From Nitrososphaeria archaeon (lineage in GTDB: Archaea; Thermoproteota; Nitrososphaeria; JACIWG01): 64,000 nucleotides of DNA. Where the stretch lies: assembly GCA_963752255.1 (NCBI GenBank), contig CAVVXT010000003.1, forward strand, positions 96,001 through 160,000. Direction: 5' to 3'. A model generated the notes under the pieces. That model ran no database searches. It was not told the origin of the DNA and was given only the letters and a program-made list of their open reading frames with translations. Every line of letters begins with the position of its first letter. The first letter of the stretch is position 1. Shown here in pieces: positions 1-10,522 of this stretch. The translations under genes and the position numbers were made by a program.

Positions 1-150
1 CCAGATGAATAACGTGATGGAATCATCATTCTTTTTAAAATGCCTCACACATCTGCTCTATGACCTTGCGTAATGTGCCCTTATCGGGGTAGATGGGAAG
101 AATTGTTTATGAGAGTAATACTTATCAATAAGTCAATATAATATAAGATT

Positions 151-411
151 ATGTCAGAGGTTAAGAAGACAGTAGTGGGTGAAATCGAACACTTCTATCC
201 CAAAATAAATGTAGTTGTTGTGACTGTTAAAATCCCATTGAAGGTTGGCGACAAAATAATGATAGAAGGTAAAACCACACATTTTGAGCAGATCGTAGAT
301 TCAATGCAGATCGAACATTCTAATATTAAGGAAGTGGAGCAGGGACAATCCATAGGCCTTAAAGTTGTTGATAAAGTAAAAGAAGGCGATACTGTTTTCA
401 AATTAGATTAA
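151..411 (+). CDS. Small translation-elongation-factor-like beta-barrel protein (EF-Tu domain II / U32 peptidase C-terminal-like)
   Basis: 86 aa: VGEIEHFYPKINV...LKVGDKI.IEG.TT.FEQ.V.SMQIEH...GQSIGLKV...VKEGD.VF pattern. Confidence 0.8.
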   Translation: MSEVKKTVVGEIEHFYPKINVVVVTVKIPLKVGDKIMIEGKTTHFEQIVDSMQIEHSNIKEVEQGQSIGLKVVDKVKEGDTVFKLD

Positions 412-550
412 AAAAGGCCTAGGTTCACCAAAGATCATTGCTAAATATTTTAAATAATAAAAAATAGTTTAAAAATAAATATTCTTTTAAAGTGATAACA
501 ATTGTTTAATAAATAATGGAATATCATATATCGTAAATGGCGTGTAATAC

Positions 551-1171
551 ATGTTTGACTTATCGGTGCTCTTGAAAATTATAATCGTTAGTGCTTCAGG
601 AGCACTTGCACCAGGTCCTTTAACGGCATCGGCTACTACACTTGGTGTAAAAAGTGGGTGGAAGGCTGGTTTAAGAATTGCATTTGGTCATACACTTGTT
701 GAATTTCCTCTGGTTATTTCGATAGCCTATGGACTTGAAACTGTCTTTCAGATTCCGTCAATAAAATTTTTCTTAGGATTAGTTGGTGGGTCATTTCTGT
801 TATTTTTTGGTTGTCTAACAGTAAAAGATGCACTTTACGTTAAAAGCAGTGATTTTCAGAACGCAAAATCCAAGCATAATTCTGCCCTATTCGTGGGCGT
901 TATCTTAACATTATTTAATCCATACTTTATCGCTTGGTGGTTAGGTGTAGGATCAACTCTTATGATGCAAGTGTTATCTTCAATAAGTCTATTTGCGGTC
1001 ATTATTTTTTATTTGGCTCACGTGTGGTTGGATTACATCTGGCTTATGTTTATTTCTATGGTTGGTTCAGCATCAAGAATAAATCTCAAACTCTATAAGA
1101 TGATTTTGATAATATTATCAATAATAATATTCTATTTCGGAATAAATCTGATTATCTCAACAATATTTTAA
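551..1171 (+). CDS. LysE-family translocator
   Basis: SGALAPGP motif, GH.LVE, NPYF..WW, six hydrophobic segments. Confidence 0.9.
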   Translation: MFDLSVLLKIIIVSASGALAPGPLTASATTLGVKSGWKAGLRIAFGHTLVEFPLVISIAYGLETVFQIPSIKFFLGLVGGSFLLFFGCLTVKDALYVKSSDFQNAKSKHNSALFVGVILTLFNPYFIAWWLGVGSTLMMQVLSSISLFAVIIFYLAHVWLDYIWLMFISMVGSASRINLKLYKMILIILSIIIFYFGINLIISTIF

Positions 1172-1398
1172 TCAAAATATGTATAAATTTTATTAAAGCT
1201 ACCAATATCTTCTAGCTTTTTACTTTGACGTATGGTCTATGCAGGTTTTTCTTTTGAGTTTTTTCCACAAACAGAATATCCTATAGGTAGAAGAAAAACA
1301 ATTGTGAATTTTTAGGGTATTTCAAAAAGATTTTTAATTAATTCGTCTCCAAAGTTTCCTACCCAACAAGTGCCTAAACCTAATTCTTCAGCTTCTAA
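1168..1398 (-). pseudogene. Nitroreductase C-terminal relic
   Basis: Manual translation LEAEELGLGTCWVGNFGDELIKNLFEIP*KFTIVFLLPIGYS...PA*TIRQSKKLEDIGSFNK; two in-frame stops, no N-terminus. Confidence 0.8.
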
Positions 1399-1483
1399 AA
1401 GACAGGCATATAAAAATAGGTCTGTAACTTGACACACACATAGAAGAATAAGCATATTAGTTTAGAAAGTTTGATGCTAGCTT

Positions 1484-2188
1484 ATGAAGGTAGCCGCACT
1501 CGGAGACATTCATGCTCCAAAGTACTTTGACCTTTTTAAGAAAAGTTTAGAAGAATTCCTCAAAAGAAAAGAAGATGTATCAGCTTTTTTGCTTGCAGGA
1601 GACTTAATAGATAGTGGACGTTATGACCAACTTGATATAATAAGAGAGTTTATAAAAAAGGTGGATTTACCGACTTACAGTTGTTTCGGTAATAATGAAT
1701 ATCAAGAATATTCAGATATTGTTATGAAAAAACTTCCAGAAGTAGTTTTTTTAGACGACAATTGTGTGAAACTTAAAAGAAAAGAAGATTACGTCGCTAT
1801 AGTCGGATCAAGAGGTGTTCTCGACAAACCAACTTACTGGCAGAAGAAAAACTGGAATGATATTGACGAAATCTATGAAAAAAGGAGAAACAGGCTCAAT
1901 GAATTAGCTGATATGTGCCAAGCGGACATGAAGATTTTACTAATCCATTATCCACCGACATTGAAAATCGTTAAGGGGGAAAATCCTAGATTTATAGAAC
2001 AAATGGGGTCCAATAAGCTCGACCCAGTCATCAGGAAGTTTAACCTAGTTATAACTGCTCATGCTCATAAGGGGAAAAAGTTGGTGGAAGTAGAAGGTAT
2101 TCCAGTTTACAACGTTTCCTTACCATTAAATGGTCGGATATGCATTTTGGAAGTAGTGCAAAAACATGGTCTAGAAAAGTTTATGTGA
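1484..2188 (+). CDS. Calcineurin-like metallophosphoesterase
   Basis: GDIH, AGDLID, FGNNE, IHYPP, AHAH motifs. Confidence 0.9.
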   Translation: MKVAALGDIHAPKYFDLFKKSLEEFLKRKEDVSAFLLAGDLIDSGRYDQLDIIREFIKKVDLPTYSCFGNNEYQEYSDIVMKKLPEVVFLDDNCVKLKRKEDYVAIVGSRGVLDKPTYWQKKNWNDIDEIYEKRRNRLNELADMCQADMKILLIHYPPTLKIVKGENPRFIEQMGSNKLDPVIRKFNLVITAHAHKGKKLVEVEGIPVYNVSLPLNGRICILEVVQKHGLEKFM

Positions 2189-2404
2189 CTATCTCTCAAT
2201 TAAATCATAAAGGAGACCTAAACCTATTTTCACATCTTTTATTTACCTTATAAATTCCAGTAGCAAAGCCGAACACTAAACATTTTCGTTAAAGAGAGGA
2301 CTATAACATTGAATGTTTGAAATGACAGTTTTATAAGTACATAGTAAAAAGATAAGGCTTTATGATAAACATTTATAATATAAAAATGACAATATTAGAA
2401 TAGG

Positions 2405-4081
2405 GTGTCTCAATTGAGGATAGCATTAGCTCAGATGAATTCTACTGTGGGTGACATTGAAGGAAATATTAAGAAAATTAGAGATTTCATTTCAAAAGCA
2501 AAAAATGCTGAGGTTGATTTAATAATTTTTCCTGAGCTCTGCGTTACCGGATATCCCCCACAAGATCTACTTTATGAAAAAGAGTTTGTTAGAAAGAACA
2601 AGGAAATGTTGCTCGATCTTATAAGTAAAAATTTAGAAATAGCTGCCGTTGTCGGTTTTGTCGACTATAAAGATGAAGGATTATACAACTCTGCTGCTGT
2701 CTTTAAGAACACTTTTCTTTTAGGTACCGTTTATAAAACACTTTTACCTACTTACGATGTTTTTGATGAGGCTAGATATTTTATTCCTCAGGCTAAGCGG
2801 CAAATTAAACCTGTGGCTGTAAAAATAAAAAATGCTATTATAAAATTGGGTGTTGAAATCTGCGAAGACTTATGGGATGAGCGTTATGAAACAAAGGTTA
2901 CAGATCTGTTAACACAAAAAGGTGCAGATTTGATAATTAACATTTCTGCATCTCCATTTTACGTTGGTAAGAGGTTTGAACGAGAGATACTTTTGACTGA
3001 AAAAGCTCAAAAAAACAAGGTACCTATATTCTACGTCAACTTAGTCGGTGGACAAGATGAACTTGTCTTCGATGGTCAAAGTCTTGCTGTCGATGCTTTT
3101 GGAAAATTTATATGTTTTGGGAAACAGTTTGAAGAAGACCTAATCGTTATCGAAACTGAAACAAAACAGAAGGTTGCAGAGAATGTTATTCTTCCTCCCT
3201 ATGATAGGGAGGAGGAAATGTTCAGTGCATTGGTTCTTGGTGTCCGGGACTACTTCAAAAAGACTGGATTTAAAAGAGCAATTATAGGGATGAGTGGTGG
3301 TATAGATTCTTCTGTAACTACCTGCATCGCATCTAGCGCCCTTGGCAGAGATAACGTTATAGGTTTATCAATGCCCTCTAAATTCTCGAGCATGCACAGT
3401 AGAACTGATGCTGGAACATTAGCAAATAACCTAGGGATCTACTTCATCCAATTATCCATTCAGGATATTGTTGAGAGTTTTCATAAGACTTTGGAAGAAC
3501 CATTGTGTCTAATAAGAAATCATTTTGGTATGGATAAAAGTCAAGATGACAGTGTTGCTGATGAAAACATCCAACCACGAGTAAGGGGGAATTCTTTAAT
3601 GGACATCTCGAATCGTCTCAGGGATTTAAGAATATTAGTCTTGAACACAGGAAATAAAACAGAGGTTGCTCTTGGTTACAATACTCTTTACGGTGACATG
3701 ACCGGTGGACTAGGTGTTTTAGGGGATGTCAGTAAGCTTGATGTTTACAAGTTGGCTGATTTTATTAATCAGAAATCTGGAAAGGAAATTATTCCCAAAG
3801 ACGTGTTGAAAAAGAAACCATCTCCAGAACTTAAAGAGAATCAGTTTGATCCTTTTGACTTTAACATAGTAAGCCCTCTAGTTGACGAGATAATCGGCAA
3901 CAGGAGAAGCAAAAAAGAACTAATTAACATGGGATATTCCTCAGTTGTCGTCAATGATATATACAAGAGAATCAGAAATGCTGAGTACAAAAGATGGCAG
4001 GCACCTCCCGCCATCAAAATCACGAAGAAAGCTTTTGGAATAGGATGGAAGATGCCTATAGTAAATAAATATGAAGGTTAA
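2405..4081 (+). CDS. nadE: Glutamine-dependent NAD+ synthetase
   Basis: Nitrilase domain (FPEL, EICEDLW) plus synthetase domain (SGGIDS, ENIQPRVRG, TGNKTE, PSPEL). Confidence 0.95.
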   Translation: MSQLRIALAQMNSTVGDIEGNIKKIRDFISKAKNAEVDLIIFPELCVTGYPPQDLLYEKEFVRKNKEMLLDLISKNLEIAAVVGFVDYKDEGLYNSAAVFKNTFLLGTVYKTLLPTYDVFDEARYFIPQAKRQIKPVAVKIKNAIIKLGVEICEDLWDERYETKVTDLLTQKGADLIINISASPFYVGKRFEREILLTEKAQKNKVPIFYVNLVGGQDELVFDGQSLAVDAFGKFICFGKQFEEDLIVIETETKQKVAENVILPPYDREEEMFSALVLGVRDYFKKTGFKRAIIGMSGGIDSSVTTCIASSALGRDNVIGLSMPSKFSSMHSRTDAGTLANNLGIYFIQLSIQDIVESFHKTLEEPLCLIRNHFGMDKSQDDSVADENIQPRVRGNSLMDISNRLRDLRILVLNTGNKTEVALGYNTLYGDMTGGLGVLGDVSKLDVYKLADFINQKSGKEIIPKDVLKKKPSPELKENQFDPFDFNIVSPLVDEIIGNRRSKKELINMGYSSVVVNDIYKRIRNAEYKRWQAPPAIKITKKAFGIGWKMPIVNKYEG

Positions 4082-4323
4082 ACCAACATCAAACTTTTAT
4101 CAGCTATCGTAAAAGCGTATCAGCTCCAATTGTAGAAGATAACATTCTCCCGGCTGTAATTTTCAAATATTATTACTTCTATTAAAAAATATTGCTCATA
4201 ATCCTTTTGTATCGCTATCAATCGATTTGGTTCCAAATTCTTTAAAAAAGTGTAACATTTTTTAGACACATAAAAACAGGGATTACGGGAACATAAATAA
4301 TTCTCCAATATTGATGGTGAACC

Positions 4324-4755
4324 ATGAAAAGGATAAGATTGATCATTGTAACTTTTGTACTGATTATTGTAATTGTCTCCTTAATTTATTGGGGTAGACA
4401 AAACTATTTTCAAGAAACAAAACACAGTGGCGATATTTGGGCAACGATAGAAGATTCGAAAGGGAATCTTATTTCGATAGATTTTCTAAATACGAACAAT
4501 AATATCTGGGATACGTTGATAAAACTTAATCTAAATAAGACCAAGATGTTTATTGGAGGAATCATAGAACAATATCAAAACAAATGGGGCTTCCATTTTA
4601 AGATTAATAGTATAGTGATCTCACAATCTGTGCCCGAGGACAGACAGGCTAATATTGAACAAATAAGTTTAGACCTGAATCACTGGGAAAACGGGCAAGT
4701 AGTTTACATCTACTCAACAGTTGTTGAAGTTCACATTCTGGTTCCAATTAATTGA
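4324..4755 (+). CDS. Hypothetical membrane-anchored or secreted protein
   Basis: N-terminal basic plus hydrophobic helix; GGTGA RBS upstream. Confidence 0.7.
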   Translation: MKRIRLIIVTFVLIIVIVSLIYWGRQNYFQETKHSGDIWATIEDSKGNLISIDFLNTNNNIWDTLIKLNLNKTKMFIGGIIEQYQNKWGFHFKINSIVISQSVPEDRQANIEQISLDLNHWENGQVVYIYSTVVEVHILVPIN

Positions 4756-4841
4756 AAATCTTCCTTGTATTAAAATTATTTTTTGGATAGCCTATTAGAA
4801 AAGAATAAATTAAACAGGTTATTTAGATCATTGACTATTAC

Positions 4842-5432
4842 ATGAGAACATTTTGTGTTGTAGGCGAGTCAAACTCTGGAAAAACTATGCTCATAGAAAA
4901 ATTGGTTAAAACATTAACGGCTAAGGGATATACGGTTTGCACTTTAAAACATACGAATCTCAATTCATTCGATACGGAAGGTAAGGACACATCAAAACAT
5001 CTTCATGCGGGAGCAAGAATAGCATTCGGTCTCTCAAGGAAAGAATCTATTGCATTCCTCGAAAGGAAAACTATCGATGATCTATCCCAATTGCTTCCAC
5101 CATCCGATTTTTTTATCATTGAAGGTGGAAAGAATGCAGTTTGTCCCAAGATACTTGTAGGAAAAAAGAAGGTTAATGGAAAATATATAGCTAACTGGCA
5201 AATGGGACAGCCAATTGAAAAGGTTATTCAATCTATAATTGCTCTACCTTCCGATTCAACACAACTATATGTAGACTGTAAAAGGATTAACCTGAATCCT
5301 TTTATCCAAAAAGCCGTAATATCTATGCTCTTAGGTTTTATCGTAAGTCTTAAGGGTGTTGAAAGCACAGAACGCGAACTAACAATAAAAGTAAACCTTA
5401 AGGAATTTAAGAATCAGTTAAAGGAGACATGA
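4842..5432 (+). CDS. mobB: Molybdopterin-guanine dinucleotide biosynthesis protein B
   Basis: GESNSGKT Walker A, LKH, DTEGKDT..H..AGA, IIEG. Confidence 0.9.
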   Translation: MRTFCVVGESNSGKTMLIEKLVKTLTAKGYTVCTLKHTNLNSFDTEGKDTSKHLHAGARIAFGLSRKESIAFLERKTIDDLSQLLPPSDFFIIEGGKNAVCPKILVGKKKVNGKYIANWQMGQPIEKVIQSIIALPSDSTQLYVDCKRINLNPFIQKAVISMLLGFIVSLKGVESTERELTIKVNLKEFKNQLKET

Positions 5433-5565
5433 TTATCTTAGGCATTTGTTTAAGATATTTCAATGTCACTATCAATATAAAAAGAGATCTTAAAATGGAA
5501 AGAATAAACAAAGAGCATTTAAAGTTTCTTTCAAATAATACTGTAAATTAAGTCATAAAAACTGT

Positions 5566-6129
5566 TTATTTTTTTGTCTCAGGAGAAAGCTTGAGGGAGA
5601 AAGAGGCTTTTGCAATCATAAGCCATGCAACTAATAATATTATGAAGCCGATCAAAAATATGATGAGCACCGAACCAATAAGGAGAAGAAAGCCCCCGGT
5701 ACTGAACGACTTCGCTCCCGTCTTTGATGCCAGCGCATTAAAGGTTCTTTTAAAGAATATACTTTCGAAAAAAAAGAGCAAGAACATTATTAAAAATATA
5801 CCTATTAGATCAAAAAAAATTGGTGACGCAAATTCCTTTGTTAATTCTGTTGGATTACTTATAATTTCACTGATTATTGATAAAAGTAATCCAGGAATGT
5901 GAACAAAGGTTATGACTGTAAAAAAAAATAAGGCAAGAATACCAAAAATAAAGCCGTATAACGTATTTCTAAGCATATCGATGTCCTGATAATAATATGA
6001 CAATTCTCTTAGACCGATTAAAAGGATCACTATTCCAATAATGCCTACTGCGGGAATCAATGATCCTATTGCAATCAAAATTGCTCCTACTCCCGAGTAA
6101 ATTTTATTCGTATTAAAATTAGAAGGCAT
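5566..6129 (-). CDS. DUF996-like membrane protein
   Basis: GVGAIL..IG...GIIG.ILLLIGL..LS.YY and F.TGG.LLLIG..L.I..IG pattern. Confidence 0.75.
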   Translation of the reverse strand: MPSNFNTNKIYSGVGAILIAIGSLIPAVGIIGIVILLIGLRELSYYYQDIDMLRNTLYGFIFGILALFFFTVITFVHIPGLLLSIISEIISNPTELTKEFASPIFFDLIGIFLIMFLLFFFESIFFKRTFNALASKTGAKSFSTGGFLLLIGSVLIIFLIGFIILLVAWLMIAKASFSLKLSPETKK

Positions 6130-6232
6130 AATAAGAAACCTTTTATTCTGTTTTTAAACTTTTTAATTAAAATTTAGTGTAGTGGCGTAACGCAAAAATA
6201 TAACCGTAAAATATGGTACCTGGCGGATTCGA

Positions 6233-7379
6233 TTGAAATATAGGCAATTTGGGAAACTAGATTGGAAAGTATCTGCTCTTGGTTTTGGAGCAATGAGGCT
6301 ACCAATTATAGGCTCAGATAAAAGTAAGATAGAGGAGGGAGAAGCAATTAAAATGATACGTTATGCTATAGATCATGGTGTGAACTATTTAGATTCTGCG
6401 TATACCTACCATGAAGGTAATAGCGAGACACTTGTTGGGAAGGCTCTAAAAGGTGGATACAGACAAAAAGTCAGGGTAGCTACAAAGATGCCTACCTGGT
6501 TGGTCAATTCTCAATCTGATATGACAAAATTCTTGAACGAGCAGTTAACAAGATTACAATTAGATCATGTTGACTTCTATTTGCTCCATGGTCTCAAAAA
6601 GGATCGTTGGTTGAAGATGAAAGAATTAAATGTTTTTGATTGGGCTGAAAAAGCGATCGAAGAAGGTAAGATAATGCATTTAGGTTTCAGCTTCCATGAC
6701 GATTACGAAACATTTAAGGAAATTATAGATGGCTATGATAAATGGGATCTTTGCCAGATACAATACAATTACTTAGATCAAGACATTCAAGCCGGTACTC
6801 GTGGCTTGAGGTATGCTACATCAAAAAAGTTAGCTGTTGTTGTTATGGAGCCTATCGCCGGTGGAATTCTTGCTTTCAAACCATCAAAAGAAATCCGGGA
6901 TATTTGGAGTAGAATGAAGATTAAAAGAACGCCTGCTGAATGGGCTCTACAATGGGTTTGGGATCACCCTGAAGTGTCCTTAGCCTTAAGTGGGATGAGC
7001 ACTATGGAACAGGTTATAGAAAACATAAAAAGTGCAGGTAGATCTAAACCAAGTAAATTAACAGAAAAAGAATTGGATACGATCACAGAAGTAAAGAAGA
7101 AGTATATTCAATTTGGACTCATAGGCTGTAAAAATTGCGGGTACTGTATGCCATGTCCTCAAGGTGTGGAAATACCCAAGATTCTAGCATTCTATAATGA
7201 ACATAGTAAAAGACGTGGAAACGGTGAAGCAATAAGAGAAACTAGCTTCAAAATATAAAGAGACAATACCTGCTGAAAATCGTGCTACGAAATGTGTTAA
7301 ATGTGGACAATGTGAGGAAAGATGTCCTCAGCAGCTGCCTATCCGTGACTTACTTGCAAAAGCTGTTACAACATTCTAG
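6233..7379 (+). CDS. Aldo/keto reductase with C-terminal 2x[4Fe-4S] domain (frameshift near 7240)
   Basis: LGFGAMRLP, DSAYTY, C..CGYCMPCP; the shifted frame continues CVKCGQCEERCPQQLPIRDLL to TAG at 7379. Confidence 0.85.
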
Positions 7380-7447
7380 GCGATATTAAATATTCATAGA
7401 AAATTTTTGAATATATAATCTGGTGCAAGATTCATATATGATCAATA

Positions 7448-8416
7448 TCATTCTTTAAAGGGCAACATTGCCATAATAAGTGGAAATATAATTGTTGCGT
7501 CACCGTTAACAAAACAGTGTTCTGCATTCGGTTTTATCTTCCCCCATGTTATTGCTTCCTTAGGTTTTGCACCACTTAGACTTCCATCAAATTCCTGTGC
7601 AGTAGATATATAGACGACGTAGTCTAAGCCGTCTTTGAATTGATTCCACCAAATTGTATGATGTTTGCTTATACCACCACCTATCACGATCGCTCCGCTT
7701 CTTTTGGCTTTAAATACGATGTCAGCAAGTTCGTTCTGATCTTTGAAGGGATTCAACGTAAACTTATGTAGCCCTGAATAGCTGAACATTGCTGTGCCAA
7801 ATGCACCATCCAAAAAACCCGGCACGAAGATCGGGACGTTCTTTTTACAAGCATTAAATATAAATGAATCATCATTTCCGATGTCCCTCGCGATTGATTC
7901 GATTACTTCCCTAACGCCATACGTGTTACTTGAATCTAGCCTTGATAATGTATTGTAAACGATGCGCTCGACAACTGGACCGTAATTTTCTATTGGGATG
8001 AAAACATTTCCAAGTCTATGAATATGCATTCGTTCAAGATATTTATCATCTACTTCAAAAGTCCCTCTAAAATAGCCATCTCCACATGTTCTAGCGATAT
8101 CATGGTCTATAGCGCCGCAGGTTGTAATAATAACATCCACGAATCCATTATTAATCGCGTCCTTTATCAAACCACGGAAGCCTGTTGAGACAAGATTGCC
8201 TGTAAAGGATAAAAACTTAATACACTTTTTATCTTTAATCATCCTACTGGCTATATTCGTTGCGTTAGCGATGTCCGCTGCAGAAAAACCCCAGATATTT
8301 TCGTATAGGTCACCCAGAGATTTGATATCCTTCAGATCTTGAATTGAAGGATCTTTAATTAACGGACCCAAAACCTTTTTTCTTTCCTTCAACGTCATAC
8401 TTCTCGACATTATCAT
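7448..8416 (-). CDS. dys: Deoxyhypusine synthase
   Basis: FTGNLVSTG, GGGISKHH, STAQEFDGSLSGAKPKEAITWGKI, GDATI. Confidence 0.95.
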   Translation of the reverse strand: MIMSRSMTLKERKKVLGPLIKDPSIQDLKDIKSLGDLYENIWGFSAADIANATNIASRMIKDKKCIKFLSFTGNLVSTGFRGLIKDAINNGFVDVIITTCGAIDHDIARTCGDGYFRGTFEVDDKYLERMHIHRLGNVFIPIENYGPVVERIVYNTLSRLDSSNTYGVREVIESIARDIGNDDSFIFNACKKNVPIFVPGFLDGAFGTAMFSYSGLHKFTLNPFKDQNELADIVFKAKRSGAIVIGGGISKHHTIWWNQFKDGLDYVVYISTAQEFDGSLSGAKPKEAITWGKIKPNAEHCFVNGDATIIFPLIMAMLPFKE

Positions 8417-8467
8417 TATCTTAATATTTTATAAACAATTATTTTTTCGTTAAGAAAAATCTTTTTG

Positions 8468-9520
8468 TCAAAAGACTACTGACAGGTATCTTATTGCATT
8501 GCTAGCCATCTTAGACATTAAAAAATTCTTTGGCCAAGAATATCCTTTTGATTCCGAGAACATGTCCTCAACAGAATTTAAATCTCTATCTCTTACATAT
8601 TTAAGTGAAGTTGACAGCAATTTTATTGTATCTTTGCTTGAATATTTGGAAGAAGCGACTTTCAAGAAATCGATAAGAGCCTGCCATTTAGAAACAAGTT
8701 TTGCTTTAGTTATCGCATCTTCCCGACTTTCTGATAAAGCAAGTAAATCGACATGCTTTTTTATGTTTATACTGCATATCTGTAAATATTTATTTACATT
8801 ACTCGAAGCCATGTTTTCAGAGACTGTTTTAACAAGTTGGTCAAAAAAGATTCCAGGTTTTTCAGTTGAAATTGTTGTAAAACTTTTTTCCTTCATGACA
8901 ATTTTTTCTGGCCCAGAATTTATTGATGCCACTGTATTCATGCAATCACACAGTCCTTGCAAACCATCCATTACTGTATATCCAAATTCGCATGAGGTTT
9001 TAGACAGCCACGTTAAATTGATGACTTTCTGCAAGATAGTTTTTCCGCTAACCTCTGTAAGCGCCTGCTTAGTGATGAACTTCCCGCGTGAAAAAGCCAA
9101 AATATACTCTCCTTTTTCGTTTTCAATTCTGTAGAATCCAAGCTCCGGTGATGATTTAGATAAAAAGATAGATTGCTCCTCCAGTAGGTTCTTCATCAAT
9201 TTTTCATCAAATAAATTTATGACTAAATTCTCAACTCTCGGAGGATAATATATGAACATTAACTTTGCTGGGTCAGACGCACACGGCGTGATACTTTCGA
9301 AGCCAGTCTTGTATTCAACTAAATCATTATTTATTCCCTCATCCACAAGTTTATATATATCATCTAAATTTTCTTTGTTCTCATTGACAAGGAAATGACA
9401 TTCACTTGGATCCATTCTTCCTTTAAAAATAGCTATTGTTGCTAACCTGCATGTCATGTTTCCGCATAATCCGCAATTTTCTGCTGGCATCTTAACGTTC
9501 AAGTCATGTATAAAATGCAT
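8468..9520 (-). CDS. Fe-S cluster-binding protein with uncharacterised C-terminal region
   Basis: N-terminal P..NCG.CG..TC...A.......ECHFL (RnfB/CdhE-type FeS domain). Confidence 0.7.
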   Translation of the reverse strand: MHFIHDLNVKMPAENCGLCGNMTCRLATIAIFKGRMDPSECHFLVNENKENLDDIYKLVDEGINNDLVEYKTGFESITPCASDPAKLMFIYYPPRVENLVINLFDEKLMKNLLEEQSIFLSKSSPELGFYRIENEKGEYILAFSRGKFITKQALTEVSGKTILQKVINLTWLSKTSCEFGYTVMDGLQGLCDCMNTVASINSGPEKIVMKEKSFTTISTEKPGIFFDQLVKTVSENMASSNVNKYLQICSINIKKHVDLLALSESREDAITKAKLVSKWQALIDFLKVASSKYSSKDTIKLLSTSLKYVRDRDLNSVEDMFSESKGYSWPKNFLMSKMASNAIRYLSVVF

Positions 9521-9940
9521 TTAAGACACCATGGTATCTACTATATCTTTTACCGCCTCCGCGAATATCGTTATGTCTTTTTCTGTATTATAAAAATAGG
9601 TCGATACTCTAACAACCCCTTTTACCTCTCCTAGAACCTTTTTCGTATAAACTTGAGCACATAGATGGCCGCTCCTAACTTCAATATTGTTTGTGGAATA
9701 CAAGATCATAGCTATTTCAACAGGATCCATATTTTCGATATTAAAGGTAAATATATCTGTACGACGTTCAATAGATGGCCCATAGGTCTTTATTCCATTA
9801 ACATTCCCTAACAGTTGATTAGCTAATCCTATTAGGTTTCGATCATGTTGAAGAATTCCGTTTAAACCGACTCTCTTAACGTATTCGAAAGCATCAGCCA
9901 TTACCATCACTTCGCAATGAGCCACAGTTCCAGCCTCAAA
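9521..9940 (-). pseudogene. 5'-truncated SufS/Csd-type cysteine desulfurase (C-terminal third only)
   Basis: Begins abruptly at FEAGT; has VRSGHLCA and VRVSTYFYNT; the PLP-lysine region is missing. Confidence 0.85.
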
Positions 9941-10005
9941 TTATTAAATTTTGTGTTTATCATAGTTAAAATACTTATATCTGGGTTTTTAATAATGTAT
10001 GCGAA

Positions 10006-10434
10006 GTGATAAATTTGGTATCGGAAGAATTAAAGAATATGCTGAACAATGCCATTGCCAGAGAACTTCAAGTCGCTATTCAATATATGTGGCAACACGT
10101 TACATGGCGGGGTGTCAAAGCATATGCGTATAATGATAAGGTGCAAGAGATAGCAATAGAGGAGATGAAGCATGCTGAGAAGATTGCTGAAAGGCTCTTT
10201 TATTTGGGTGGCACGCCGACTACAAAACCAGAGCCAATTAACGTGGGAGTGACGATCAAGGAACAAATAAAGCAAGACATTAAAGACGAAGAGAATGCTA
10301 TATCGATGTACAAGGGCATAATTGAAAAAGCCAATTCAGAGAAAGATGTAACGACAGCTTTCATATTTAAGGAAATATTAGAGCAAGAAGAAGAACACCA
10401 CGATTTCTTCACAACAGCTATTGAGGATCTCTAG
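10006..10434 (+). CDS. Ferritin/bacterioferritin-like protein
   Basis: LNNAIAREL.VAIQY, EEMKHAE.IAERL..LGG.P, EEEHH. Confidence 0.9.
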   Translation: MINLVSEELKNMLNNAIARELQVAIQYMWQHVTWRGVKAYAYNDKVQEIAIEEMKHAEKIAERLFYLGGTPTTKPEPINVGVTIKEQIKQDIKDEENAISMYKGIIEKANSEKDVTTAFIFKEILEQEEEHHDFFTTAIEDL

Positions 10435-10522
10435 CCTCCTCTACTCTTTTTTATTGCCATCATAATTTTTAAAATGTTTAAGTTAGCTAATGTTTTTATG
10501 CATAGAAGGTATAACAATTGAT

